The position numbers and the translations under genes are program-made. A model generated the notes under the pieces. It saw only the letters and a list, made by a program, of their open reading frames with translations, had not been told where the DNA came from and did not search any database. A DNA stretch of 64,000 bases, taken from the human T2T-CHM13v2.0 reference genome, Homo sapiens. Each line of letters begins with the position of its first letter. Positions within the stretch are counted from its first letter, which is position 1. Where the stretch lies: assembly GCF_009914755.1 (NCBI RefSeq), contig NC_060926.1, one strand, 5' to 3'. Positions 15,514 to 37,200 of the stretch are shown here, one piece after another.

Positions 15514-16799
15514 TCACCCTCTCTCTCCTTGTCCCATTTTCTCCTCTGTGTCCCTCTCCCTTCCTTTCCCCCTCTCTCTCCCCTCCTTTCCCCCTCTCTC
15601 TCCCCACCTCCCATACTCCAAGTATATTTTGGAATATGTATATATTCTAAATTAAAGTATAACAGATCATGGGAAATCTAAAACTAAAATAAAATTTTAA
15701 ACTAGTGGGAAATCTAGCTAACAGACTCTAACATGAATGAGGAAGGGTTTAGAAGAGGCTTTGTGCTTCTCTGAAAGAAATGTTTCCCATGAAATAAGTA
15801 TACTACTAGGAAATCAGAGAAACGAACCTTGAAAAGAGGGCCACAGAAAAGACTGAAACAAATAAACGCTGTCAAAGTGGCTGTTGACCTTTTAAAAGGT
15901 TCAGCAAGGTGGAATGTGTTCTTTAGTGAAAGGTAGAAAATTCGGGTGTCTACATTTAGCGAAAAGAAGTCTTGGCAATTCTATATTCCTTCCTTTCCTG
16001 TGTAGAACTCCTTTTATTGTATAAACTGAAGGGAGAGAAATTAAATAGTCTAATGATCTCAAGTTGATTTCGTGAGATAATATAACTACCTTTAAGTAAC
16101 ATTTAAAAGACTAACAGAAATTAAGAGCAGTTCTTAAAAAACAGTTGGGATATCCTATTAATTTATCTAAAAGTGACCAAATTCCAAGATTACTTAAATA
16201 GACTTGAAAAGGCTCTTGGGGTAAAATCCAGCAAGTAAGATAACGGAGAAAGTGTCCCAAATACCTACTCTAAAAGAAGCTTCAGGGACACCATTGATAA
16301 TAAATCCTATCAATATTAGCGATACAAGGGTTTTTACAAAGCGTAAAGAGATGATTTAAAGCAATTTTGTGACCAAAACCACAAAAAATATCCCCAACAT
16401 ATTTTTTGTTGTAAATAAATACACATAGATTTTTAAATAATGCAACCAATAAAAATGTTTTAGATATGACTGTGGTGCTCAGTGCTATATCCCCAGTACC
16501 TAGAATAACACTGAGAACTGGCACATGGTAGACGAGTAAGTGGTTGTTGAATGAATGAGTGATTATTTCTGTACCATCATTGAATTGTTAGTAACAAAAT
16601 GCAGTTTACAGCCACTTACTTGTGACGATAACAATAGTGTCTAAAGTAAACACACCCTCGCTTTTCCCTAGTGATTCTCCTGTTCAGCCAGTTTAAAAGC
16701 ACTGGCTTAGTCAACCTCCAGGAAGAATGGACATCATATTGCACTGGAAACGCATCTTTATTCTGAGGCCTCTAGCTGATGAGAATGTTGCTGCTTAAG

Positions 16800-18255
<1,456 letters not shown>

Positions 18256-18289
18256 GGAAGTTTGGCCAGTTCTTTAAACCAGAGGGTCA

Positions 18290-18766
<477 letters not shown>

Positions 18767-18992
18767 TCAGAGCTTGCTGGCAGGACAGTGGCTGGGCAGT
18801 GGCAGTGGGCATCCTTGCAGCAGCAGTCATCATAGCCCTCAGTAAGCTATCCTTTCCTCAGGTAACAGCTCAGGCACCAGGAGATGAGATCTGCACTGGT
18901 GAGATCAGAGCTTAAAGTCCCCTTGCCCCATAGGAACCACTGTCTTTTGTAGTACTCTGTATACCTACTTCTATGATCCCTGCAAGGGATAG

Positions 18993-19450
18993 GTAGTGGG
19001 TTGAACAGTGCCCCCCAAAAAGGTATGTCTAAATCCTAATCCCAGGTATCCATGAATGTGACCTTACTTGGAAATAGGATCTTTGCAGATGTTAACTATG
19101 GATCTCAAGATGAGGTCACCCTGGATTTAGACTGGGCTCTAAATCCTATGATTGGTGCCCTTATAAGAGAAAGGAGAAGGAGATTTGAGACAAAGACACA
19201 CAGAGAAGAAGGCTATGTGAAGACAGGCAGAGATTGGAGTGATGTGGCCACAAGCCAAGGAAAATGGAGAATTGTTGGCTCCCCTAGAGGCCGAAGAGGG
19301 TATGGCATGGCTTCTCCCTCAGGACCATCCTGCTATTATAACACCTTGATTTTTAATTTCTGGCCTCCAGAACTGAGAGATAATAAATATGTTGTTTTAA
19401 GTTACTAGATTTCTGGTAATTTGTTATGGTAGCTCTAGGGGATTAATATA
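18993..19450 (+). mobile_element. MaLR LTR (MLT1B-like)
   Basis: gtgggttgaacagtgcccccc...gaatgtgaccttacttggaaatagg...ctccagaactgagagataataaat. Confidence 0.7.
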
Positions 19451-20042
19451 GGCTATAACAGTTATCACTGCACTCTGGGAAGCCCAAAGTATTGGCATCG
19501 TCATCAGGTATTTACAGATTTTTCATTGTTTCTCTCAGTCCAGACACAGTTTACCAATTGGGTCAGTTTTTATTATAACCAGCGTTGCCTAATAACTGGT
19601 GACAAACCACTTATCTGTTTACTAAGGCAGTTAATTAAAGGTCAAATCCTCATGCAGCAGAGTATAGGTGTACACTTGTGTGAGAGGTGGGAACTGTAGG
19701 GAACTAGAGAGTGCTCACTCCTGGCAAAACAGGAAGCTTCCACTTAGCCCCAGTGGATCGTGGCTACGTGAGGATGCCAGTTCAAGGTTGCCAGGGCTTC
19801 TCATTCTCCCGAGAGAATCCAGGTTTTTAAAAAATTGGTTCAAACAAAAAGTAAACCAGCCACAAAAACAAAACCTCCAAAACATTGGGCTGATCAAACA
19901 AAACAACATCTTTGGACCAAATTCCAGTCCATAGCTTCCAGTTTACAGGTGACTCCTGCTAGGGTTTTCTGACTTGACTTTGCAAGGTTTTAAATTTTTC
20001 CCTTAAAAGGTAGAACATTCTTCCTTTTTAAGAAAGATAGAG

Positions 20043-20371
<329 letters not shown>

Positions 20372-21666
20372 TTAAAAGGTCAAAACAAGCTTTGAAATGA
20401 CTATACAGACTTTGGCTGTACTTTTCTAAGTTTTTGTTGTTGTTCATTCAATTTCTTCATATTATCCTATCCATTTAATTAACATATTTATTAAGTACTT
20501 ACTGTGTACCAGACACTGTGTAAAACAAGTAAGATACAGCTCGGTCTGCAAGCTGTTCCCATTTAATTTGGTTGGACACGAGTTATGGTTTCTTTCTTTT
20601 TGCTTGTTTGTTTTGATACAGGGTCTTGCTCTGTCAGCCAGGCTGGAGTGTAGTGGCGAAATCATGACTCACTGCAGCCTCGACCTCCCGGGCCCAAGTG
20701 ATTCTTCCACCCCTCTCAAAGTGCTGGGATTACAGTTGTGAACCACCGCACCGTCCCAGCTCAAATTATGATGGGGTTTTTTGTTGTTTTGTTTAGAAAT
20801 GTAGGTTATATTGATCCTTAAATATTTAGAGCTGGCTGGGACCTTAAGTTCTACCCTTCATTTTAGAGACCAAATGTCTGGCCAGGGTCAGACAACCAGG
20901 TAGTATCAAAGCCAGTACTCTTTCTAACCTGTCATAATATTGATATGAGGCACAAGAAAATATAGCTGATCTTTCTGAAAACACACAATTTCTGAATATT
21001 TTTAAATGTGTAGTCAATTAATTGAATTTTTTTCTTTTTCTACATGTATTTGGTACCAAGTAGCTGCCTTTGCGAGGATTTTAATCACTCAGAGATGTTT
21101 CTAGGGCTAAAAATATCTTCCAAATCATCTGAATCACTTCCTTCATTTTGACTTTCCAGAGATTTTCAGTTTCATGACATTCGTGCTGTGAGACAGTTTG
21201 AATGCACAGACATGTTTCAAAGCTCTGATTCTCTTTGACAGCCACTGCAGGAATCTTTTCAAGAAGTTTATTTAAAGAAGATTCTCTGCTTTTTCATTTA
21301 AACTTAAGGTCCTTTGGATAGAATCTGGTAAGCTCTTGCGTGCAGAGGGAAATGAGTTGTGGAGACTGATAATCCTGTTCTGAGCATTCTGCCAAGGAGA
21401 GTGAAATAATACTTTATTCAAAGAGGGAAGGGAAGTGTAATGAGCACACCATGTTTAAGTAGAATTCATAAGTGTTTTAAAATTCCAGTGTACTTCAAAC
21501 TCAATAACTTACTCTTATTTTATTTTTGAATTCACTTCAAGTTGTTAAGTGGGTCCAAGTGCAGAATGCTTTTTACTTATTTGAAAGGGCCATTTGGTCT
21601 TCTATTAGCTAATACTTGCATCAGCAGTACAATTTTTCTTGAGTTTTTTGATTTGTGCATTTTATG

Positions 21667-22140
<474 letters not shown>

Positions 22141-22178
22141 AAGTAAAAGAGGATTTGCTCATTTGCTGGCAATACTGA

Positions 22179-22539
<361 letters not shown>

Positions 22540-22894
22540 TTACTGAATTCCTACTATATGCCAAGCTCTATGCTAAATACTGGGATGTGACAGTGAACAA
22601 GATAGACATGTTCCCGCCTTCATGAATCACAAGATTTAAACACAGAAGAACTAGAGTCAAAATGTTTTCCATGTTTGGGGACATTTCTCTCCCTCTAAGC
22701 ACTCTTCCCCTACCACACACACTTTGACAGATTCTAAATTTGCATTGCCTGCTCTAAGACAAACTTGTGTATATAAATAGTTTTGTAATGGTATATGGAT
22801 GGAAAGCTGGTGTCAAACCAGAGATTACATTTTAGAGAGTATACATTTTCACATATTCCCAAGTTTTGGTTATGCAACAAGGAGCTGAGACATT

Positions 22895-23155
22895 TTCTTT
22901 TCTTTTCTTTCTTTCTTTCTTTTTTTTTTTTTTTTTGAGACAGAAACTCCAGCTCTGTTGCCCAGGTTGGAGTGCAGTGGCTCACTGGGACTACAGGTGT
23001 GAGCCACCATGCCCGGCTAATTTTTCTATTTTTTTATAGAGACAGGGTTTCACCACATTGGCCAGGATGGTCTTGAAATCCCGACCTTAAGAGATCCGCC
23101 TGTCTTGGCCTCCCAAAGTTCTGGGATTACAGGCGTGAGCCACCACACCCAGCCG
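22895..23155 (-). mobile_element. Alu with internal deletion
   Basis: gcagtggctcactgggactacagg junction lacks part of the right arm. Confidence 0.8.
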
Positions 23156-24017
23156 ACATTTTCTAATAATTAAACCCAAATTCAAGTTACTGTATTTTTC
23201 TCTTCATTGTCTTAAGATAATTATACACAGGTATTCACTTCTTCCTCCCTCCCTTTCTTTCTTTTTAAGTTTGTCATGCTAGCATGTTCCACCATCAATA
23301 TCTTTTCTTTTAAAGGATTTAAAGTGTATTTCTCATCTATAATGTTTGTATTTCCCCTCATTTTCTGGGAGAAATGGAATGCCAACTACAGCCTCTAACA
23401 GCAAAGCCTTGTTTCCGTCACAAGTAGCTGTTTTATACCATTTCCCCTTCTTGTGGGCTTAGGGGACCTTTTTCTTCCTTCTCATTGAACCTCAGGAATG
23501 GTGTCTAGGTAAGTGCCAAGCCAAAGAAGCAAGAAATATTTAAATTCCGCTCTCCAGGCAGTTTTTATAACTGTTGAGAATAGATTCTTGTTTAGGAAAT
23601 ATGGCTTGGTTTGTTAAGATTGCCCTTTTCTCCCAAAGTCCACCATATTTCAGTTACTTATACATTTTAAAAAGCATGTAAACAGCTTATGCAAATGCAA
23701 CATTTTGCATTTATCCTTCATTTATCCAGAGAGCATTTTGAAGCATATTGAGCTTTGCAGCAGAGCCTCTATGTAGCCAGGATAGATGCTGTGAAAACTC
23801 CATGTGCTAGAGGTCACCTGCCTCACTTCTGTGAGAGCCCCTCAAATCTCTGCGAGCCACCTATTGAGTAGGTAAGACTAATTGGCTAGTGGGTTTGCAG
23901 GCTTATGGAAATATTGTTTTAACTTTAAAACTGGAATGAGCTCTTTCAACCATAAGAAAAAACATAATAGATCCCTAAGTACCCACGACCCAGATTTAAC
24001 AGATGTTAAGATTTTCA

Positions 24018-24224
<207 letters not shown>

Positions 24225-24592
24225 TTATAAGCTAAAACTTAGAGCTGGTGGGAACCAAGGATGAGACAAAGTGATGGAGGAGAGAGGTTGGAAGTAGGTG
24301 CCCTAACTCAAGCCAGAAACAAAACGAGATAGAAAAACTCTGAGAGAGACCCAGGGACTCTCAAACCATAATTGTATGGGCTCATTTGGATCAGAGGTGA
24401 GCACCTCTCCTGCTTCAGAAACCCCTAAGGGCTTCCCTTTAGAGTAACAGGATAATAATTGGTGTTTGATTGATGACCCCAAATGATCAATAAAAGACTG
24501 AATATATTCTATTCATTCTACTGCTGGACAGGGAAAGCTAGCGTGCAGCCAATTTGCGTAAATGTAAAAGGTTTTTAAAAATCAAGTTTTGA

Positions 24593-25088
<496 letters not shown>

Positions 25089-25280
25089 CCCACACTTTTT
25101 AAAAGTAAACTTTTTACTGAAGAACAACATACATGCATAAAAGTACCTAAATCGGAAGGGATGTGTGTTTATCACATGCACACATCCGGGTACCCAGAAC
25201 AAGAAGCAATATTCTGTGCACATCAGAACCCCCCCAGCAACCCTTGTAACTCCTTTGAGTCATGATATCATGATAGTTAC

Positions 25281-25897
<617 letters not shown>

Positions 25898-26739
25898 TAA
25901 TATCAGAGATGAGTTTTTATTTTGGGAATTTTTGATATAATATGATCCAGATTGGGGAGAAAATGCTACTGTGGTTCATTGTTCATAATTTGCTTTTCGA
26001 GTGTTGAAATCCTGAGTATTTTTTTTTTCTGTATGTAGATGTTCAAGTTCACTCATCTAAGACTCCTTACCCGGAGTGGTGTTTGCATAATGTGATGGTG
26101 ATGATGATAACAAAAAAACAACAATATTAATTTTAAACCATGAATTGAGGAGGGACAAACTACTTAACCTCTCTGCCTCAGCTTCCTCTGTACAATAGTA
26201 ATAATAATTCTATCTTCACAGAGTTGAGGTGAGAATTATAATGAAACTGTGAAGCACTTAGATGGTACCTACTACCTAGCAAGGACTCAATTGTGTGTGT
26301 GTGTTTGTGTGTCTGTGTATGTGTGCGTGTGTGTGTAATAAATGAGCCCAACACAGGCAAGGGGGAGATGTGTTATTAGGTCTTCATATATCGCACATTT
26401 TTATTTTACTATTGCGTGATCACACACAGATTGCAGAAGGCTCCACTTTGTAGATAAAAGTTCACTAGGTCATTGGGTAAAGAGGCATTTGCTTTCCCAG
26501 GAAACTAAAGAATTATGTAGGGTCTGCTTAGAGGAGAAAAAGCATGAGGAGGGGAAACCACAGTGTTTGAGTTGACATCAATTTAGTTTCCAGATTTGAT
26601 CAGTCTGTAGAAAGTGCTTTGTGTTTGTTTATTTAAACAATACTTATGGGTCACACATACACACAAGTAACCTAGTGAAATCTGAATAAGGGATGGAGGA
26701 GGAGGGAGAGAAAAAAATAAAAAATAAGTAAATTTTAAA

Positions 26740-27456
<717 letters not shown>

Positions 27457-27927
27457 CTACATGCTTTGAGTCCAGGGCTGCCTTAGGCTCTGGGGATACA
27501 GTGGAGAACCAGCAAGACACATTAACGCCCTCAGAGAAGATGAAGTAGGGGTGAGAGGGGGCCTTGAGTTTGCTTTAAAAGTGTACTTTTTAAGGTATTG
27601 CATTAAATCATTTGAAAAGATTCCTTGAATATAGAAATGATTATCCAAAAAGTCTCCACGTTCTCAAGGAAGTATAACCAATCGACATTCATAGGATACC
27701 CATATACACACTAAATTTAGTAAGTAGCAGTCCTTCAGGGTTGGGATTAAGTAAAAGAAATATTGTCCTAATGGTGAGGACTGTTAAGTGTTAGAATGGA
27801 ACCAAAGAATAGGAAAAATGACATCCTGTGCTGAAAGCTTTAAAGAGGCTGAATTCACATCGGTCTTTGTAGGTTTAGATGTGTTTCTGTCTGAAAAAGG
27901 AATAGATAATCCCTTATATTTTTATAA

Positions 27928-28335
<408 letters not shown>

Positions 28336-28351
28336 TAAGAAATGTACATGA

Positions 28352-28635
28352 GGCCAGGCACTGTAGTTCATGCCTGTAATCCCAGCACTTTGGGATGCTG
28401 AGGCGGGTGGTGCACTTGAGCCCAGGAGTTCAAGACCAGCCTGGGCAACATGATGGAATCCCATCTCTGCTAAAAATAGAAAAAATAGCAGCGTGTGGTG
28501 GTGCATGCCTGCAGCCCCAGCTACTCAGGAGACTGAGGTGGGAGGATCACCTGGTCCCAGGAGGTCAAGGCTGCAGTGAGCTGTGATCGCAACACTACAT
28601 TCCAGCCTGGGTGACAGAGAAAGAAAAGAAAAGAA
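28352..28635 (+). mobile_element. AluJ-like
   Basis: Alu dimer. Confidence 0.85.
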
Positions 28636-28834
28636 ATATACGTGATACCCTGCTGATATAGTGGAATCCATCGTCTGAGGAAGTATTCTATAAACTTTTT
28701 CAATCTGCCACACATTTCCAGATATCTAAATTTTCCCTGACACAGACTGGAGGGATGGATAGGGGCAGGATTTTATCTTCAGAACAAAAATTAACTGAAT
28801 GTTGGTTAAGGTGGCCATATAATTTATTGCTTAA

Positions 28835-29181
<347 letters not shown>

Positions 29182-29848
29182 TAAAAAACTTAATTGGAGT
29201 TTGTTCTACATGCAGAATGATGAATCTTCTGTCTATGACACCTGTGAAACCAGCACCTAGATTGAGAAACAGAATGTTAGTAGGAGTCTTCAAAATCCCT
29301 TGTGTGTTCCATTGTAATTGCTGTATCCTTCCCCACGAAGGCAACTACTATCCTGACTTTTCCAATGCAGAGATGAGTTTTGCTGGTTTCTATACTTCAT
29401 ATAAATTGAATTACACTATATACTTGTTAACGTCTGGCTTCTTGAGATTGACATTATAGGTTGATCCATATTACTGGGTCTAGTTCTAGTTGTAGATCGT
29501 TTCTTTCCATGGTGTAAATTTATTTATTCATTCTATTGATGATGGGCATTTGGGGGAGTTTCCAGGTTTTGGTTACTATAAATAGTACTGCTAATAATAT
29601 TCTAGTATCTTTTGATGATCATATAAATATTTCTTTTTGGCATATACCCGAGAGTGAAATTGCTGGACAATAAGGTATGCATAACTTTACCTTAAGTAGA
29701 TACTGCCAGTTTTCCAAAGTTTTGTTCTCATTAAAGCACTCATCAGCAGAACATTAGAGTTCTGACTGCTGTATATTCATTTTGATACTTGGTGTTTTCC
29801 AGGTTTAGCCATTCAGATATGTGGTAGAGGTATTCTCATTCGGCTTAA

Positions 29849-30213
<365 letters not shown>

Positions 30214-30734
30214 AAACTGAGACATTTTTAAGAAGAAAGGAGACAACAGGCATAAATCAGATTGTTAAGATTAGGAATTTGGTTTTGGATAAGTTTGAGA
30301 TGTCTGGGAAGCAAACGCCGTACGGAAATACCAAGAAGACATTGGATTATGCAGATCTGAAGCTTAGAAGACAGTTCTGGGCTGGAGATATAAATTTTTT
30401 GGAGTCCCTGCCATGGAGACAGCATTTCAGTGAAAGAGTGAATGAGATCACCCACAAGAGGGAGTGCAGAGGGAGAAAAAGCCCTAGGACCGAGCCTGAG
30501 AGGCACCAAGGTTCATTCACAAGTTGGGAGTGAAGAAAATGCCAGCAAAGGAACTCCTCCACCGTCCCCTAGAGGGAGCCACTGAGAGGCAGGGGTAACA
30601 TGGGGAAGAGGGGAGAAGCAAAAGCCAAGGGAAAAAGGTTTCAAAAAGGGAGTGTCCAGTGTGTCAAACTGTTCATTTTGTGTTGTTTAAAAAACAAAAC
30701 AAAACACATTCTGTGTCCTTTCGTCTTTCCCTAG

Positions 30735-30943
30735 CCATCATCGTCTACAGACTGCCGTGGACCTGGAAATGCAGCAAGCTCCTGATGAAATCCATCCATG
30801 CAGGGTTAAATGCAGTTGCTGCCATTCTTGCAATTATCTCTGTGGTGGCCGTGTTTGAGAACCACAATGTTAACAATATAGCCAATATGTACAGTCTGCA
30901 CAGCTGGGTTGGACTGATAGCTGTCATATGCTATTTGTTACAG
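30735..30943 (+). CDS. CYBRD1: CYBRD1 coding exon 2 (His86, His120)
   Basis: Acceptor tctttccctag|CC and donor CAG|gtcagt. Encodes [22 protein letters not shown]...MYSLHSWVG...YLLQ (b561 SLHSW motif); 209 nt keeps the frame. Confidence 0.97.
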
Positions 30944-30999
30944 GTCAGTATTTCAGTGTATTTACAAGCAAGTTATAAAAACAATTCAGAGACTGTAAA

Positions 31000-31312
<313 letters not shown>

Positions 31313-31507
31313 GACTGTAAATGTTTTCTAAACATTCTTTACATTTGTTTCTATTATAACTATTTTCCCCTCAGAGAGCACCAGAATTGCAGAATTCACA
31401 GAACAAAATAATAAGAAATAAAGATTTCTTATACTGGATATGACTTTTAATCTGGATTCTCTAAAAACCAACTTATACTCTGCTCTATATCTTAATATGT
31501 AAAATTA

Positions 31508-32052
<545 letters not shown>

Positions 32053-32234
32053 TCTTTGGGGTTTAATTAAAATGGTTCCCAGAGGAATATAGGCTTAAAT
32101 GCTTTTATTATATTTTTTGGAAAGAAAACTTAAAATACATAAGCTATTTACTTAGGTAACTATAAGGGAACAGCAAAATATACCAGGAAAAGTAAATCAA
32201 TAAAGGTAAAAAAAAATCCATAAATAATTCATTT

Positions 32235-32640
32235 TCTATTGTGGTAACCAATTACCACAGACTTAATGGCCTGAAACAACATAAATTTATGACCTCACAG
32301 TACCTGTACATCAGAAGTCCAGATTGGCTTGTCTGGTTTCTCTGCTCTGGGTCTAACAAGGCCAGTATCAAGGTGTCAGCCTTCCAGGGCTCTGATTGGG
32401 AGACTAGGGTAGAATCAGCTTAAAGCAAATTCAGCTTGATGGCAGAGTCCAGGTCCTTGTATGTGCAGGACTGAGGTCCCTGTTCCCTTGCTGGCCATCA
32501 GCTGGGGCTGCCCTGAACCTTGGAGTCCTCTCTTCCTTGTACCCGGCTCCCTTCATCTCCCTACCAGCAATGGACATCCAGTCCATCTCGCTGGCTTGGA
32601 AACTCTCTGACTTCTCCTTCTCCTTCCTCCTCATCTCTTC
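32235..32640 (-). mobile_element. MaLR LTR (MLT1-like)
   Basis: gtaaccaattaccacagacttaatggcctgaaacaacataaatttat...caaggtgtcagc. Confidence 0.55.
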
Positions 32641-34006
32641 TCCTCAACCAGATAAAGTTCTTACCTACCCCAACCCCTAGAGGTTACCATTCTCCCGGTG
32701 TTTATTCTCATTCTCTGCTTTTTAAAATACTTTAATCACATACTGTGAATCAATATATTGATTAAACAAGATGTTTAATTAAATAATATTGATTAATTAA
32801 ACAAGATGTTTAAATATTGATTAATTAAATCATATATTGTTTAATTTTGCTTTTTAAATGAAACTTTTTTTAAAAAATGGTCTCATATATATTCTATTGC
32901 AACTTTTTTTTAACTCTACTGATTAAACTGTATTGATTCCTCTGGCTATAGTTCATTCATTTTTACTTTTGTATTCCACTGTATAAATATGCCACAAATT
33001 TACTTACCTGTTCTCTTGCTATTTTCAGTTAGAAACTATGCTGCATTGAATATTCATATATACATCTCCTGGTCCTCACATCTAAAGGTTTCTCTGGGCA
33101 TATACATAGTAGTGAAATTACAAGCTCAACCTAAAAAGATAATGCTAAATTGTTTTCCCAAGTGATTGACCCAGATTATATTCCTGCCAGAAGTTTATGA
33201 GTTCCCATATCCTTACCAGCTTGCACCCTCTTTAAACTTTAAATCCTTGCTAAACTAGTTGGTACTTAATGATGTATTCTTGTAGTTTTAATGTTCATTT
33301 CACTTGTGTTTTATCTTCTAAGACACACCTGTTTGTGTCTTTTGTCTATTTAAAAAATGTTTCTCTTTTTCTTAAAGATTTATAGGAATTCTATATCGAA
33401 TTCTTTTTCATTTATATATATTGCTATATCTTCTCCTAGTTTGAAGCTTGCATTTTCTCTGTTGTTAACATCTTTTGATAAACAGAAATTGTCAATTTTA
33501 ATGTAACCAAATTAATCATCTTTTCCTCTGAGACTATCATTCTTTGTTTTGTTTTCTTTTGGTGACTTGTTTATGAAATTCTTCTCTACCCTGAGGTCAA
33601 AATATCATCTTATGCTTTCTACTAAGAGCATTAAAATTTTGTCTTTTACTTTTCTACTCTAGTACACAGAAAAAACAAACCAAAAAAACCCCAACAATAT
33701 GAAAAATAGTTTTGTCTTTGATATTTAAGTACTTACTTCATCTGGAATTAATTTTAATGTGTGAGGTGATGTGATTCAACTTCATTTTTTTCCAGATGGG
33801 TAAACTATCTTCCCATCACCATTTATTGAATCATCTCTGCTCCTACTATTTATGTACAAAGCCAATTGCATCCTATAGAGTATCTTATCCTCTGTATCCT
33901 AGCCAGTGCAGTACAGAATTCAAGTGTGTAGAAGTACTGAAGTATGTAGAAGTGTATAGAAGCCATAAGAAGTAGAGAAGTAGAGAGAAAAATCTTTGAC
34001 TTTTGG

Positions 34007-34308
34007 GGCCAGGCACAGTGGCTCATACCCATAATTCCAGCACTTTGGGATGCCTAGGTGGGAGGATTGCTTGAGCTCAGGAGTTCCAGACCAGCCTGGG
34101 AAACATGGCAAAACCCCGTCTGTACAAAAGATATAAAAATAAGCCAGCTCTGGTGGTGCACACCTGTGGTCCCAGCTACTCAGAAGGCTGAGATAGGAGG
34201 ATTGCTTAAGCCTGGGAGGTCAAGGCTGCAGTGAGCTGAGATCCCACCACTGAACTCCAGCCTGGGTGACACAGCAAGACCCTGTCTCAAAAAAAAAAAA
34301 AAAAAAAG
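34007..34308 (+). mobile_element. AluJ-like
   Basis: Dimer; flanking repeat aatctttgact. Confidence 0.85.
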
Positions 34309-34520
34309 AATCTTTGACTATTTTTTATTTTAAAGAGAATGCCTGCCAAAGGCTAAAAAAGAATTAATAAATAAAAAGAATGCTTCTAATATTTTACCAT
34401 TGAGTACAGATGCGTCACATTTCCTCCTACCCCTGTTTGTGCAAAGGTTTTGTTTTTCTTCTTAAATCATAAATGGATGTGGAATTTTATTGAATGCTTT
34501 TGCTATCTCTGCTGAGATGA

Positions 34521-34866
<346 letters not shown>

Positions 34867-35669
34867 TAATAATCATAACATATTTTTGTGGTACATATGA
34901 TATTTTGATAAAAGTATACAATGGGTAATGAACAAATCAGGGTAATTGGGATACCCATTATTTCATTTATCTTTACTTTGTGTTGGGAGCATTCCAGTTC
35001 TTCTCTTCTAGGTATTTTGAAATATACAATAAATTATTACTAACGGTAAACACCCTACCTTAAGTTTTCTTCTTTAACATCTTAATGTAGTCAATTATAT
35101 AAATATATTCTATTTTTAAACTTGGGTGAGTTAAAAACATATTTGTCTCAAAATTCTCTTTTGCTGTCTGAAATATCCAGATTCATATCTCGCGTTGTTG
35201 TCTTTGTGCTAACCGAGCTTCTCAGAAATATTATTTCACAACTTCATGGCTTTGCTTAGTGGGAGGAATTTTGGCACCTGGCTTCTTCCTTGCTCAGATC
35301 CAGAGGACAGGTAGTGTTTAAGAAAACAGGATTTGCAATTAGGAAGACCTCAGTTTGGATTAGGTTCATCCATTTGATAGTTGGTGACCGTGGACCAAGT
35401 TACTTCTCTGAATTTCTTTTGCACAGCTATAAATCAAGGATTATAATCCTTCACAAAATCATAAGAATCAAAGCCAAATAATGCATCTAAAGGTCCAGCC
35501 CAGGGCTTAGCACACTGGTATAACACAAACTAGCTGTTGTTATTATAAGTGTAAATCCTGTGGTATGCCCCTTTATGACCTGCAGATGACATTTTCCACT
35601 TCTACTATTGATCATAGGTACCTTCATGGTTAAGAACATGCATTTTTTGTCATTGCAATTTTATTCCCA

Positions 35670-37200
35670 AATCTATTCATGTATTCAGCAGTGAACCGAA
35701 TACCCGTTATATGCCAGATACCTTGCTAGGCTGGGCTGTGGGTGATACCTGTTCCACAAGACAAATGTGGGCTCAAAGAGACATGCTCTCTGCCCTTGTA
35801 AAGCTTGCAGGGAAGATAGGCAATTGAGTATTTGGTAGATAGGAAGTGTTCTGGGAGGCCTCTCATATAGTATGTGAGAGCTCTCATATAGGGGATAAAG
35901 GAAGTCACACCTCACACCAAGACCTGAAGCCACACACCTGGTGTAGAAAGGGCGGAGAGTCTTCTAGGTGGATGGAATAGCATGTGGGGAAGAGTTTGTG
36001 GTATTTGAGGAGTAGGGAGGAGACCAGGCTGTCCAGAGCAGGGCATAGAAGATGAATTGGAGGCTGGACAGGTATAATTATAGGGAGACTAGCTTGCAGG
36101 TGTTTATGGAGTTAAGATGAGAAACAATGGTGGCCTAGAGGAGTAGCAGTAGCAATGTAGCAAAGTGGATAGATTCTAAAGATATTTAGCAGGTAGAATT
36201 AATGCGTGATGTAAAGAATGAGAGAGAGTCACTCACAGGCTTTATTGAGCAGGTGGGTAGCCACAAGTTTGAATAAGTGGGTAGATGAGAAGGGAAACAT
36301 TGGAGGGGAGGAGAGGGCTGGAGGAGTGTTAGATGCTACTGAGGAGATAAGCAAAATAAAGTCTGAAAACTGATCATTAGGCTTAGTAACCTGGAAGTCA
36401 CTAATGACCCCAGAAAGCAATTTCCTGGCTTCCTTCCTAGGAGCCAGACTGCAATGGATTGAAGAGGGAGCAGAAGGTGAGGAAACAGAGTGGTAACTCA
36501 GTCAAGAGGTTTGGGTGAGAGGGGAGGAGACAGAGAGGGTGACAATTGGACAGGGGCAAGAGTCCAAGGAGGCATTTGGGTGCTCTTTTTTTTTTTTTTT
36601 TGTCTACTTCTGCTTTTTATTGTGAGAAGTTTGGGCTTATGGAAAGGCTAACAGGATGGCACCAGTAAAGAAAGAGACACTGTGAACACTGGAGAGACAC
36701 AGTGATGTATAGCTAGGTCCTTGGGAAGCAGGTCACAGAGCACAGCTGAAAAATTGGAGGACATAATCTCCAATGTAATTGAAGAAAAGAATTGTTGGCT
36801 TGGGGTGATTTCTTGCTTTGTTTTGTTTGGTGGCAGGAAATTGAGGCTCTTCTCTGAAGTTGCTTCTGTTTTTCCCATGAGGTGATAGTAAAATCATCCC
36901 CCAAGAGTAAGGAGGCACATCGGAGAGTCAGACATTTGAGGATGGGGGAGAATGGAGAGCTCATTGATAAATAAGACAATAGAGGTTTGCTGAGCAGGGT
37001 TGTTGAACTGCTCATAATCATGAACTTGGAGTGATGCTAGTCTCTGTGGTTGTGGTTTACTCCAGTATTACCTAGCAGACCAGGGGTAGTCATGAAGATG
37101 GCTGAGCCAGGGTTGGGGTATTGCCAAGTTGATGTGATGAAAAGACAGTGTAGCAAGGAGATGTAGAATATTGGCAGGAGACTTAATGACCAGTTTGAGT
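35670..37200 (-). mobile_element. L2 relics
   Basis: Purine-rich + strand with antisense L2 motifs (gagatgagaaacaatggtggcct, gatgctactgaggag...ctgaaaactgatcattagg). Confidence 0.5.
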
